A DNA stretch of 64,000 nt, taken from assembly GCF_009914755.1 (NCBI RefSeq), contig NC_060928.1; one strand, written 5' to 3'. The DNA is from the human T2T-CHM13v2.0 reference genome, Homo sapiens. Positions 1 to 12,716 of this stretch are shown here, in pieces. The notes beneath the pieces were generated by a model that saw only the letters and a list, made by a program, of their open reading frames with translations, searched no databases and was not told where the DNA came from. The translations under genes were made by a program, and so were the position numbers. How positions within the stretch are numbered: the stretch's first letter is position 1; the number at the start of each line of letters is the position of its first letter.

Positions 1-2267
1 GACTGAAACTGTGCAGGTTGTATTTTGTCTGACTTTATCTCCATTTCCTGGTGCAAATTGCCCTTCCTCTTGCTCTTTTGTTTTTGATTTCCTTCCTTCT
101 CTGAGCCTCAAATTGTACTACAAAGCTTGTCACATAGTAGAGGCTCAAAAAAAGGTCTATTGAGCTAAATTAGAATGAATTTTTAAGCTATGCGAAGGCT
201 AGCTCCTCACAATGGCAAATTCTTACTTTGTGTTCTCTACCCTGTAAGACTTCCTTCTCATGTAAATATGCCTACAGAAAAATTCCTTGGAAATGGTATT
301 TATCCTTTACTTTTGTGTTTGAGCTTGTGATTGAAGGGGGTTGAAGAGAAGCTGTAGCTTCCTTGGCCACTTGCTGTGGTCTCTGACATTGTAGGTATCC
401 CATGTTTATCGGAGAGTTCACTCTTCTGACCAAACTTGATTTATAACAGGAAGCTCCTTCCCCAGAGCCAAACAGCACTTGCTCCAAATATGTCTAGAGG
501 GAAATTCAGATTCAAATCAATCATTCTCCCAAAGTCTTTTCTTACCAAAATATTCTATATGTTGGAACAGTGATTTAGTCCATGTTGATGTGACCCTTGA
601 CACTTCTATATGGTTGATCTTCTTTCTCCAGGATGTCACATTGTGCTTAGACATTCTCAGTTTTCTGAAAAATTATGAGGTTCATGACCCCCCTGAGAAG
701 CCCACCTTGGAAATGAAGATGTCTATTGTGAGAGGAAATGGTCTCATATCTCAGGTAATGCAAAAAATTATATTCATTTGTAGTCAGGGCATGGAAACAT
801 TTCTGTAAATCATTCAAACTTTTCATCTTACACTTTTAATCCTGATTTATACTTTTATTACTAAAATATCCCTTAGTCCATCTAAATATTGACTATGTTC
901 TGTGAGAGAGAAGTAACAGTTATAACCATGAGGAATAAAATAATTCTTTTTGGGTCTCTCTTTTCATACTGTCTATTTTGTCAGTACCTGTCTTTCTAAA
1001 ATTCTGTTTAATCTGCTGAATGGTTCCCTTGTCTTTCAACCTACTATTATTCTCTGATGTCGTTTTCTCCATCTTTTGGGCAATATTTGAAAAATTCCTA
1101 TAATCATTCATTCTCTGATTCCTTTAGTTAGTTCTATTCAGTCAGCAAAATTTCAAAGTGCAGTGAAATTAAAAATTACAAGCACTGCCAAATTCCAAAC
1201 CTACTGACCTCGCCAAATGGACTTGAGAAAATGTTCTCCAATATAAACTTTAATTTTTTCCTATTGGTTAAAAATTCTTTCCAAAGGATGTCAGAAAGTA
1301 ATAAAGAGGGAAACATTTTTAGGTCTAACTAATTAATATTTTAGACAAGTTAAGGTTCTTATGATGGAGACCCCACTGTTTATTTAAACAAAGAAGCAGA
1401 AAAATAAATGTCACAGGACCTATATATGAGGCATTTATAATTAATAATAAGTCTATTCCTTCAGAACCATCCTTATGTAGTTTTTCTAGCCAAAATGAGA
1501 AAATGTTCTCAGCTTGTGAGTTTATAGGTTAAGTTGAAGTGAAAGGATTTTACCTTCTTTGTCGTACTGATTGATCCTAAATGCTAGTCTTAGGCTGAAC
1601 ACTCAACAGGACAATTCTGACCACTCAAAGAGGGTAGTTGGGGTTCACTAGAGTTCTTCCCATGCCAGTGTTCAAATCATGTGTTTGCTTTTAAGTTCTG
1701 TTACATTTTCATCAGGCATGTGTTGGCTTCTTTCTGCTAAGATCAATCACCTTATTCCTCTGTGTATTTCTAAAGCAAATTAAATGCATTTTTTTCCCCA
1801 AACCAATGCTGGCATCACTGTTTAAGGAATTGGAATAAAGAGCTGTGGATTCCAGGTTGCCAATAACTTTCTTCATGAAGTCTAGCTGATTACATGGAAA
1901 GCCAGGAGCAAGGTTTATTGGGAGAAAGAAAGAATAAAGAGTTTAAAATTTGGTTAGGAAGAAAAGAGAAATATATGAAAATATAGTTAGTTAACATGGC
2001 ATATGATAAGGGCAAATTAGTCTTGCATTATTCTCAGTTTATTTACATTGGACTGGGGAAGACTCATCATTGAGTTTGGTTTTGAAATAACTCTGATTTG
2101 AAACAAATGAGACATTTTAGTAGAATTCTGAATTGTTTAAAAAATATTTGGCCTAACTCCTGGGAGATAGATTATATATTTTTTCAAATGTTCTTCTCAA
2201 AAGCACAGTCTATTATATCTTGTTAGTAAATATTAGATGAAAGTTTGAAAGGGATAATGATGAATCA

Positions 2268-2345
2268 GCCTTCGGGTTTGGTTTCCTCATGTGTGAAATG
2301 TGGTTAGCAACTAGATGATTTACACCATCTCTCTTACTCTTAGCT
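2268..2345 (+). mobile_element. MIR-family SINE fragment
   Basis: Degenerate MIR core 'gtttcctcatgtgtgaaatg...actagatgat'. Confidence 0.55.
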
Positions 2346-2501
2346 CCATGAGTTTAATATGGAGCTGTACATAAGACAGAAAAGCAAAATTAAGAGGATC
2401 TTCAAAATAATATTAGATTTAAAAATCCATTTTGTCTTTTGGGTAAAAGCAAGCAAACAAAAAGAACTAGAAACATCAAGTTATTGAGAAGATTAAAGGA
2501 A

Positions 2502-2556
2502 GTGTGTGTGTGTATATATATATATGCATACATACACATACATATGTATATATATA
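2502..2556. repeat. (TG)n/(TA)n compound microsatellite
   Basis: Directly visible dinucleotide runs. Confidence 0.9.
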
Positions 2557-3594
2557 ACTGTTTAAAAAAACCATATTTGTACCAATAATTCTATCATATA
2601 AATTAAATATGACTAAAAGGTTGAAATTCCTTGTTTCCATGGTCTCAAACAGAGTGGACTGGGGAGTTCCACATCTCTATCTTTTCTAAGCCAATCTTGA
2701 TATCATAGTTAATTGCAATGACATCTTTTGTTCAAATAAACTGCAGTTGATAGAGACACAGCCTCTTTTGATCAATAAGTTTGAAGCGTAATGCCAAGAG
2801 CAAGAGACATAATTTGTGAGGGGTAAATCAGTGGAGTAATGGCATTCCATTAAAAAGATAATGCTAGTCCAGAAATACTGAGATAATGGAAGCAATTGCC
2901 TAGAAGGCTTATTTTCCCTTCTTTTAGCTTCATTAATCAGAAAAGGAGAATGAAGCCTGGACTGAGGACTACAGTTCATAGTAAGAGGAAGAATCTTATT
3001 TTTCCATCTTTAATTTCTATGATAGTCCAAATCTATATTAAAAACACCGAGAACATTCAAAATGTTCATGAAGTATTTTAAGCAACAATAATAGCGCAAT
3101 ATAGTACACTATGTATAGAGAAAAGAAAGAGAATAGCTTATCACCAACTTTATGAAACTTACTGACTCTAAGTAGAGAACGAGCCGGTCAGGTTTCAAGT
3201 TTTTCTTAAATGTCAATATTCTAAAAAAGAAAGCTGATTCTTGGGGAGTCTAAGGAAATAAATGATTCTTCAAGTATTTGCATATTTTGTGACTAAAATC
3301 ATAGGCAACTTGTTCCTCACAACATGAAACTAATTTTACATGTGTCTACTTAATGAAATATGTTTTTTGGAAATAATCTTAGTTATTTCCCTGTATCCCA
3401 TGAAGCCAAATCTCTCCTCAAATCAATCTCTTCCTTTCTCTCCTTTTTAGTGTAACAGACATTTGTTGTTTTTGCTATTGGGACCTGGGTAGTTAAAAAA
3501 TTTGATTATCAACTCAAAATTTCCAAGGTACGTATTTTCTTATGGGAAGTGATGGATAGATGTCATAAAATGCAATGCTAATGTCATGAGACAT

Positions 3595-3730
3595 TAAAAA
3601 CAATAAGCGTCCAGAACTTTAATCGCTAACTGAATAAGGCTTCCATCAAAGTAGTCACCTTTGGAGACGAGATGCTTGGATGATCATGCCCCTGCTCTAA
3701 ACAATTTTGGAACTTTTCTTTTGGAAAGAA
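3595..3730. mobile_element. Possible ancient TcMar-Mariner (MARNA-like) fragment
   Basis: 'tcaaagtagtcacctttggag...ctctaaacaattttggaac' resembles the recalled MARNA consensus; highly diverged. Confidence 0.3.
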
Positions 3731-3893
3731 CTTTGGAGTAAGGAATGGGCAATGCCAAAAATTATTTCAAGATTGTACCGACTAACTATCTTTTGTACGA
3801 GAAGACATGTTACCCAGCATAATCACCCACATGCAGACTTGACTTCTTTATCCGTCAGGGTTCAAGCAAGAAATATATTGCTCACTTACATAA

Positions 3894-3898
<5 letters not shown>

Positions 3899-3925
<27 letters not shown>

Positions 3926-3926
3926 T
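3899..3926. repeat. (GT)14 microsatellite
   Basis: Directly visible. Confidence 0.95.
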
Positions 3927-3929
3927 TTA

Positions 3930-4318
3930 ATTGAGGACCTTTTAACAAAGGTCTATTTATAAAAGATGTGGAAGGGATAATGGGAAACCAATAAGGGATG
4001 GGGGAGCCTTTATTTTTCCTAGGTTTGGATTGGATAAAAGTAGGGAGGTGCTATTGGCATGTTGAGTCAGATGTTACGTAAGAGCTTTCCCACTGCACCT
4101 GGGGACTACAGAGGAGAAGGCAGCCACACCTCTGAGCTCACTCTCCTCTTTACCTTCAAAACTCTGATGGTGCTTCCTTTTGTCCATTCTTGATGGAAAG
4201 CTGGAGAGCCAGGGACCCTCCTTTCTTCAGCCCATACAGATCAGTCTGCTAGGACACAGAGCAGAGTAGAGAAGCATGGAGAGTGATCTGGAGGGGCGAG
4301 TGGAGAATACCCAGCACA
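3930..4318 (-). mobile_element. ERVL-type solo LTR (LTR33-like)
   Basis: The reverse complement begins 'tgtgctgggtattctccactcgcccctccagatcactctcc', matching the recalled LTR33 5' end. Confidence 0.55.
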
Positions 4319-5284
4319 GCCATTCCTGGCTCACCTGTTCACAGTGATCCTCATCGCTCCACCAAAGACTGTCAGGAGGACGGGTGTAGCTGTGGAAGGC
4401 AGTTCTAAGAGAAGGGTCCCTTACATAAATGGAAAATGGAAACTCACTGGAATAAGCAGGCAGCCAACAGGGGAAATGAGTATGCTTTAGTTCATTCATT
4501 ATGATTCAGCCTTATTCCTTTACCTTATTCCTTTACAGCCATGTCTTAGCTTTTGACAGGAACATGTGTGAATGACTTTTAATACATTCAAACTAAGACA
4601 TTTTCATTGTTCTTTAGGTGAAACAAATGTATATTTTTTTGTGAAGACTTTTAATAGAGAGTGGAAAACTACAAAATGACGAATCAAAAATGTGTGTGTT
4701 TGGTGTGTGTGTGCGGTCATCTCCATAAATTAACTATGCACATAGAGTCTTGAAAATCTCACTTGGATTTGGGAATTGGAGATTAAAAACAAAAATTTTG
4801 GACATCTGTAATAATCCAAATCTGCCTGCTCTTGACAGTTTTTATTTTCTTGAACCAGTTTCAGTGCCTTGGCAGGTTCAGTGATGTTTTATTTTTGCTG
4901 GAAAATAGGAGCAGGGCAGTAGTCATGACTGCCAGGGACACAAAAGACAAATTATCCTGAGTGTGCTCTGGAAAACATTGAGAGCATTGATGTACAAGCC
5001 TTGATTTGCTGGACAGAGGTATGGATTACCTAATAGGGCTTCTACTTCTCTGGCACAATTAGGCTATCTTTCATCCAAATTAAGAGATTGAACATTTTTC
5101 CTATGAAAATCAGGTCAATTTTTGGTCTTGTAATTCACCAGTTATTGTGCACAGTTACTATCTCTGTCTGTTGAATAACAGTGGTTCAAAGGTCCTAAAT
5201 GAGATACTAGGAGAAAGCATTTATTGTATGTTCTTTTGAGTAATTGAGACAGAATAGAGTGTGATATCAAAACTGGTTTTTGTC

Positions 5285-5705
5285 CTTAAGAAAACCCGAG
5301 GTACAGATGGATTCAGTGGTAACTTCTAGCAAATATTTAAGGGAGCGATGCCAATCTTATACAAATTCTTTCAGAAAATAGAGGAGGAGAAAATGTGTCC
5401 CAACCTGTCTTATGAGCCAACATAGCCCTGATGCCAAAACCTGTCAAAGATATTACCAAAAATAAAAAAAAAGAAAAGACAGGAAAATTGCAGACCAATA
5501 TTTCTCATGAACATAGGGACCAGATTCTCAATGAAATATCAACAAATTAAATCAATAGCACATAAAAGATTATTACATAATAACAACGTGGAAGTTATTC
5601 CAGAAATGCAAGATTGATTTAATACTTAAAAATCAATCAACGTAATTCACCATATTAACAAAATAAAGGAGAAAATTTAAATGATCATTTTCATAAATGC
5701 AAATT
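5285..5705 (+). mobile_element. Old L1 (L1M) ORF2 fragment
   Basis: Homologous to the ORF2 RT-proximal region of the L1PA in this window (cagatggattca, gaccaatatttctcatgaacata, gaaatgcaagattgatttaat); broken by stops and indels. Confidence 0.8.
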
Positions 5706-7894
5706 TGTCTATGTGCTTTTCTTTACATATATGTGAATTCATGATAAAGTATTGCCCTTTAAAAACTTTCTGTCTCACTTTTTTTTAATAAAAAAAGGAA
5801 AACAAAAGTAAAGACAAGCTCTATAGTTTAGTTTAAAACTCTGTTTAAAGATTAGGTTAGTTTCTTTATAAGTAAAGATTATACTTAATTTTTTAAAAAT
5901 GGCAGAAAGAGTGAAATTTATAAAAATCCTAATTGCTCACATAGTAGGGGTCAGATTTGACCTCAACTGGATCTGGAATGGATCTGTCGTCCGTACTATA
6001 CACACCCACAGAATGCATTTTTCCTTTGCTGCACGTCCACATTCAGCCTGTGGTAAGTGAGCTCCCACATCTGTCCAAGTCAAGGTGCTGGGGTCTGAGG
6101 GCCTCTTTGGATGTGGCTGGTGTCAACCTAAAAAAAGATGAGAGAGATGTCCAAATCAGGGGTGCAGCTCAATGGAAAGCAACTTCCCCCTTCTTTCCCT
6201 CCCTCCCTTTCTCCAGCCATTCATCCGTGTAATAAATAGCTGAGGATCTACCTTGTGAAAGGCACAAGAGAAAAGAAGCTGCTGCCCTCCTGGAATGTAT
6301 ATTCTAAGAGGATTACTCATGGCAATAATAATATGCTTATCTTTCTCTTATGTATCAGAAACCCAAGGAGTAAATGTGGTGGTAATTTTTGGTCTACCAC
6401 AGTTTAGATGGCTCTTGAATGGGCTAGAATATAACTTCCAGTTTTGTTCATTTCATTTCTGGCCAAAGACTATCTGCTTTCTTATCTTCCTTCCCCTTTC
6501 TCATTTCTGTACAGGATTCTACGTGTTTTAAGAGTTGGTCCTACCTTTCTTCTCGATCCACTTGATCACAAAGCAACCTTTCTAGAACATCGTTTTCGCC
6601 ATCACAAGACAGTTGGTTCCAGATGGTAAAGCCTGATCATTTAAGAACTCTTGATGGAAACATTTTGTGAATAGGCAAATAGTTTCAGTGTTTTTTTCTT
6701 TTTTGGTTCTGCATTGACTCCTCAGAGATTTGGTTGGAAGTTGTAGGCCTAGTTTTCCTTGGAACATTACATATTCAATAAATCCCTCGATTAATCTTAC
6801 TTTGTGTCATGGAAGAACATGGAATTTCTTTGATATTTAATCTGTAAAGTTTCAAAGAAAGTCTTTAGGGTCTATCAAGGTAGCATAACAATATTTAAGT
6901 GATAACAACAATAGAAATTAAGCTGAACTCTTGAAGAATTTCTATAGATATGTGATTATTTTGGATCTTGGGTGTTATGAATGATGTGGTATGACGTATG
7001 ACATTGTGAATATATGGCATGACACAATGTATCTCTCAGGGGAATAATATTGAAATTATTTATAAAATAATTTCTTCTAACCTAATTCCATTGTTTTCTT
7101 GTTCTGTTTGGTTGTTAATTCCAGGGTTCCTCTGTGAATTTTCTGAAATGTTTTAGGTTGAACCTGAAGCACTGTTACTCTGTACGTTTTATGAGATTCA
7201 ACTGAATATGTCTAGTTCTTGACAGCTAATTATTTCTATACACAGGTTCCTAATTATTATTAGGCTTCATCCTGTCTCAAGGGTTTTTTCTCCTAAATGG
7301 AAATTTGTGTTTATGTAATAACACCATACTAGTTATTTAATGGACTATTGTCTGTCAACATTGCCTGTTTTGCTGAATGTTGGGTCTGTACTTACCACTT
7401 CCACAGAGGTTTCATTTTTGGCTTTTTTTGAGGGGTTAGATTATTCTCTGTCTTGAAGGAAATAATTATGTTTATAATGACAGGAACAGAACCTTTTCTT
7501 AGGTGAGTTACTTTCCTAGGTAGATGGTGCAATTTAATCCTCTGTTATATATTTTGTTCATAAGATGAAGTGAAAATCACCTACCCTCTGAAACATTCAA
7601 TTTTTATTCCAGAAGCAGTTTATGTAATAGTCCTTAAGGATTTTTCTGGAGGCTCCACTTTTCCCTACATGTCTTGTTAAGCTATGGCCAAACTGCAAAT
7701 TACCCAGCCTTTGAGAGCAGGTGATAAATAAAATAACTGGATTGAGGTGGTCCAAAGAGATTTTGCAAAGTCATCTACTCTATCATATATTTTTGACTGT
7801 TCTTCAGGTGAAAAGTAGTTTATAATTAATAGATGAACCAAACCAATTCAAGATTATTAATTGAAAGTGTGCAAGTAGGCAGGAAACCAGCATT

Positions 7895-8040
7895 TTCTGA
7901 GATCATTGTATCATTTAATCTTTCAACAACCTTCTAAGGAAAAATGTTACTTTTTCCTGTGTCACTGATGATAAACTAATGATAACTTGCTCATTATCAG
8001 GCATTGAGTTAGAAACCAGAGTAAGATTATAATCCAGGCT
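7895..8040 (-). mobile_element. MIR fragment
   Basis: 'tcatttaatctttcaacaacct...ctgatgataaact...aacttgctca'. Confidence 0.55.
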
Positions 8041-8050
8041 TATGGCATGC

Positions 8051-8419
8051 TGCTATGAACTGAATGTGTCTCCCTTAAATGCATATGTTGAAGCCTTAAA
8101 TCCCCAATGTGGTGGTATTAGGAGGTGGGGCCTTTGGGAGGTGATTAGGTTTACAGGGGGTTATTAGGGTGGAGCCCCCACAATGGGATTAATGTCCTTA
8201 TAAGCAGAGACCAGAGAGAGAACATCTCTCCTCCATCCCCCATGTGAGGATACAGCAAGAAGGCATCTGTCTGCAAGAAAGCCCTCACCAGAAACCCCGA
8301 ATTGGCTGACATCTTGATCTTGTACTTTCCAGCCCCCAGAATTGCGAGAAATACATTTCTCTTGCTTAAGCAACTCAGTCTATGGCATTTTGTTACAGTA
8401 GCCTGAGCTGATTAAGACA
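8051..8419 (+). mobile_element. MaLR solo LTR (MLT1A/MST-like)
   Basis: TG...CA termini (tgctatgaactgaatgt ... gattaagaca) and diagnostic 'gtattaggaggtggggcctttgggaggtgattagg'. Confidence 0.85.
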
Positions 8420-10516
8420 GCTGACTTGTTTAGGAATAGCAATCTTGCCTCTGCTTAGGGAATTTCTACTTTGAAGATTACCAGAAACAAGGGAAAGAGG
8501 AAACCACTTGGTCATCACAATTTGAAAAAAAATTATATTATAGAGTTTATCAGTGCTGAAAATAAAAGATAACAAATGAGCAATTTAACTAGAAAGGAAG
8601 AGAAAAGAATAGAAAATTATCTCTGAGGCCTTTGCCTTGCCTTTGGAAAAGGATTCGAGCTGGTATATGGCAAATAAAACTTTCAGCCTGGGGCTTGCCA
8701 AAATGTCAGAGAAGATTTCAATGTCTTTTACTCTCGTCAGTGCACAAGCCACGGAGAGAAACAAACCACCACTCTGTGGCTTGTCTGTTCCACTTAGCAG
8801 TAGAATTTAGACCCCACATCTGAGCATGGGCTGGGGTTCAGGCTTTAATGACTCAGAGATCACTTCTTTCATCCACCGGCTCAGGGAGAAGGTAAGATTT
8901 GTGACGCTTGTCCAGGCCAGTGAACAGAGGTGTTCTATTTCCCATCTTAAATATGGATGGTCCTTATGCTCTTGGGAGTTTTCAGAAGACTCATTTCAAG
9001 CCCTCCTTTTTCTCGGGCTTAATTTCTCATGTTTTGTCTCTCTGAGTGTGTTACCCCAGATGCCAGCCTCTTGGGCCTACATCTGAGACTGAAACCCTGT
9101 GAGTCATGGCCTTCAGCTCCTCACTCTTGTTTTGAGGTCTTTTCTATTTCTGGCACGTGGAAATTTCTTTCTTGTTTTCACCCCCAGCTTATTTTTTGGT
9201 CATTTTATCTTTTATTCAGCATTTCTATGTGTTTTGGAGTAGAATGTACTGTGTCAATGCAGTCTACCATATTGATGGGAGGTTTCCCATTACTGAAAGT
9301 GTGATATTTTTATTCTATTTATAGTTACCTGTTGATTTTCCTGAACATTTTGTTATTCTAACCTTGGTTACACTTGTGAGATGACTATATATATACTTTG
9401 ATAGAAAACTATGTCTATAATGTGCTGGCTCATTAAGAAATAACTTATTTAATTATGTAGTTAAACAGATATTAATTCAGAAACCACATTAGCCTAGAAA
9501 ATAATGTTAAATATATTTAAGCTTAGAATTTACAAGAAGGCTCTTAGAAAGGTTGAAAGCAAAATTTGCAGAGTTCCTAAGGGTTGAAAGTTTCATTGAC
9601 TCTTCTGAGCAATGAAACTTTGGCAAAGGATATGTTTTAATGAGGCTTTTTTTTTCCCCCTGAGAGAGAAGACTGGAGTTCTACTTGCTGTATATAAAAC
9701 TCCCTATAACCTCTTAACAGGTGTTCCAAGAATAAAGAAAACTACTGTTCTGCTCTCCTTGGAGACATCTTACCTGACACACAGATCCAGATTCAACCAC
9801 AAGGGTAGAGTAGGGGATTACACGATTAAATTGGTCCTTTTCTTCAGCTTCAGAATCAGAACAGAAAGGAGATTCCCATTTTGGGTCTGAAATCAAGTGG
9901 CTTTGACAATACTTATTGTTATACTTTGTCCTTGTCCCTTTCTTTAACTCATGGGTTTTCAGGAGGAAGATTTTAATGTTTAATGAAAATATAATTCAGT
10001 TCATCTACTTTCAAGTTAAATTTATCTTTTTAAAACTGGCCCAGTGAAAAGCTTTATTTGCTCGACATTCTAGAAATATAATGCTAACAAATAAAGAGGA
10101 CTGGAAAGCTGCAATTCTTTGGAACAGAATATTCCAGAACAGAACTGAAACCATGTGCCTATTTCAAGCATATTTGAAAAAGCTTGTATCACATTTTGTC
10201 TCATCATGGGTTTAATGTCATTGGTAGGAAAGGGAAGGTAAAAATAACTGTCTAAACCCTGACTAAAGATTCTTGACCTGTTAAGAATTTCTCTTAAGAT
10301 GCAGGAAATGAGATTATCATCTTTTCAGAGGGGTCAGCACCAGGGGAAGGTTTAGAAGAGTGTGTGGCAATCAAAACAAAAACAAAATGAAAACAGAACA
10401 CACTCCTTCTCTGCGCTAACACCTCATAAAAGTAAAATCCCAACCTAAACAATGAAAATCCAAGAGCTCTAAATAAGACCTAGTATACTGAAATATCCCA
10501 ATAAAAATATGTAGTA

Positions 10517-10541
10517 CTATATATATATATATATAGATATA
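10517..10541. repeat. (TA)n microsatellite
   Basis: Directly visible. Confidence 0.85.
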
Positions 10542-11757
10542 CATAAAGTAATAGGATGTTTTGAAAGCTGTGGGACATCTGGCCAGGTGAGGAAGGAGTA
10601 TAAAAAGGTAGAAAAGAGTAAGGTCCTATTGTAATCATAAGGAGTTTCCTTAAACCTCTGGAAGAAACCTTAAAGGCAGGGTCTCTGAATTCCATACCAT
10701 ATGTGAAGACACTTTGCCAGTTTTGATTTCTTTACCTTTGGGGCTCATCAGTGAGTCTGCTATAAGCTAAGAACTTATTTGGAAGTATGTGTGACCCTCT
10801 TGTATAGGGAAATAAAAACTAAAAGTTTCTGTAATGCCATGTAGTGAAAAGCACAGTATCTGCTTTTGTTAGCTTGGGTCACATTTTTATTTTTATAAGC
10901 AGAGTTTTTCTGCAATCAAGTCGGTTTCCAAGGAATCTGAGAAATAATCTCTCTTTATTTCATTATATCATTTCATTATAAAGAAAGAAACTGATAAATT
11001 TGGCCAAAATTATGGCCAAAATGATATTGTGGCTGTGCCTTTGGATAAAGTCATATCCTAGGTATTTCTAATAGCACTGGCACAACCTACCAAAGAATTA
11101 AACCTTGAGAAGGAGGAATCTGAGTTGAGTCTTCTAGTTTTTTCAGTTTGGGAGGTTTCCTCTTAAAAGGGCAAATGTTCGTATGTGCCAACTCATGTGA
11201 AAAGTTAGGTTATCGGGTACATAATCTCCTTTCCCCTTTTCAAAAATACAGTTGCTTATTAAATTCTTATACATGTAACAGAACCAATACAAATAACATT
11301 TTTGATGAAAACATAATTCTGTCTCTATTTCACATCTTCTCACAATTCTCCAGGCCAGAGTTTTGGGATTGCCCTTTCTCTATACTGAATTCTCTTTCCC
11401 CGTGGGGTTATAAACTCATGGCCCTGTGATAATAGACTAAGAGGACTTTCCTCTGTACTGTGATAGATGACATTGTGACCCAAGTCCTTCCAGAGAGATA
11501 TTTTTTGTCTTGTCTGAAATGAATATAGTACCTCTTCATGGCCTAGGCAAATCTGAATATGAGTATGATAAGAGTGTCAAAGTGGAACATAGAGTCTCAA
11601 GAATTCTTACCATTCCCACTGTTTTCTATTTGGTGACTTGGATTTCTAAAACAAAATACACATGGTGTAAGTGTGGGAAGGGACCATAGATATAAGGCAA
11701 TCTAACCTCCAACAATTAATGATGAAGAATCATTAATTGTTTTAACTATTTAATTGT

Positions 11758-11842
11758 AAACAAATCATTAGGATTCTTGGTTCTAGACTCAAAAGATCTA
11801 GAGCAGTTTGAGTCTAGAACCAAGAAGCCTAATGATTTGTTT
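11758..11842. repeat. Near-perfect inverted repeat, 36-bp arms, 13-nt loop
   Basis: 11758-11793 is the reverse complement of 11807-11842 at 35/36 positions. Confidence 0.95.
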
Positions 11843-12499
11843 CACAAACTCTCCTAGTGTTCATGTTTGGTTGGGGACTTTTGTGGATGTATCCAAAGGA
11901 TAATGATTACTCCAAGAGGGAAAGGAAATAAGTGTCAGTGATCCATAATCTCTGTTTATCCCAGTACTCCACAGATATCTAAGGTCATCATCTCAAGAGC
12001 TAATAATGCAAATGATTATCTAATTAATAATTTTGTGCTTTTCTTTGGAAAAAATATGCAAGGTTATTCCTGCAGCAAGTACTTTATAGACTTCAATAAA
12101 TTTCATAAGATTTATTTCTATAATCCCTGCCTCGTACTGCTTGCCCCACAACTCAAATCTTAAAGTTATGCAGTTTGGGTTATTTTGATCATGGACATTT
12201 GATGTTTAAGTGGGATAGGGTGGGGTTCAAAACTTAATAAAGTATCTGGGTTTTGTTATGGAATGATGCAAACTTTGGTGAATCTCTTGACAATATTGGG
12301 ATTGGGAAATCTGCCAAGAATATTGCTTCTACTTGGTGACGAAACATTATAAGGCTTTCTCCAGTATGGCAAGTATTGAGAAATGTGGATTTTCATAGTT
12401 TATGAAACCTCTTAGTAAAAAAAAAAGTAACTTTTTTTGCAAAATACTTTGAAAAAAGGAAAATTTCTATTGATCATTTGTGAGTTTATATCTATATTT

Positions 12500-12716
12500 C
12501 GGTGGTTCTCATCTAGGGGCAAAGTTGCCCCGGAGGGAATGTTTGGCAATGTGTAGAGGCATTTTTTGTAGTCATGACTGGGGTGGAGGATGCTACTGGC
12601 ATCTGGTGGATCAAGGACAGGGATGTTGCTAAATATCATACATGTACATGTAGCACTTTGCCCTAAAAAAGAATTCTGTGTCCTAAATGTCAGTATTTCT
12701 GAGGTTGAGAAGCATA
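12500..12716 (+). mobile_element. MER20 (hAT-Charlie non-autonomous DNA transposon)
   Basis: 'c(a/g)gtggttctca...tttggcaatgt...tgctactggcatct...ctgaggttgagaa' with TIR-like ends; about 217 bp. Confidence 0.85.

Noticed and set aside
8849-9106. Two AP-1 sites (TGACTCA, TGAGTCA) as an enhancer call
   Set aside because: I noticed about nine such heptamers in the window, close to the chance expectation for 64 kb, so the motifs alone are not evidence.
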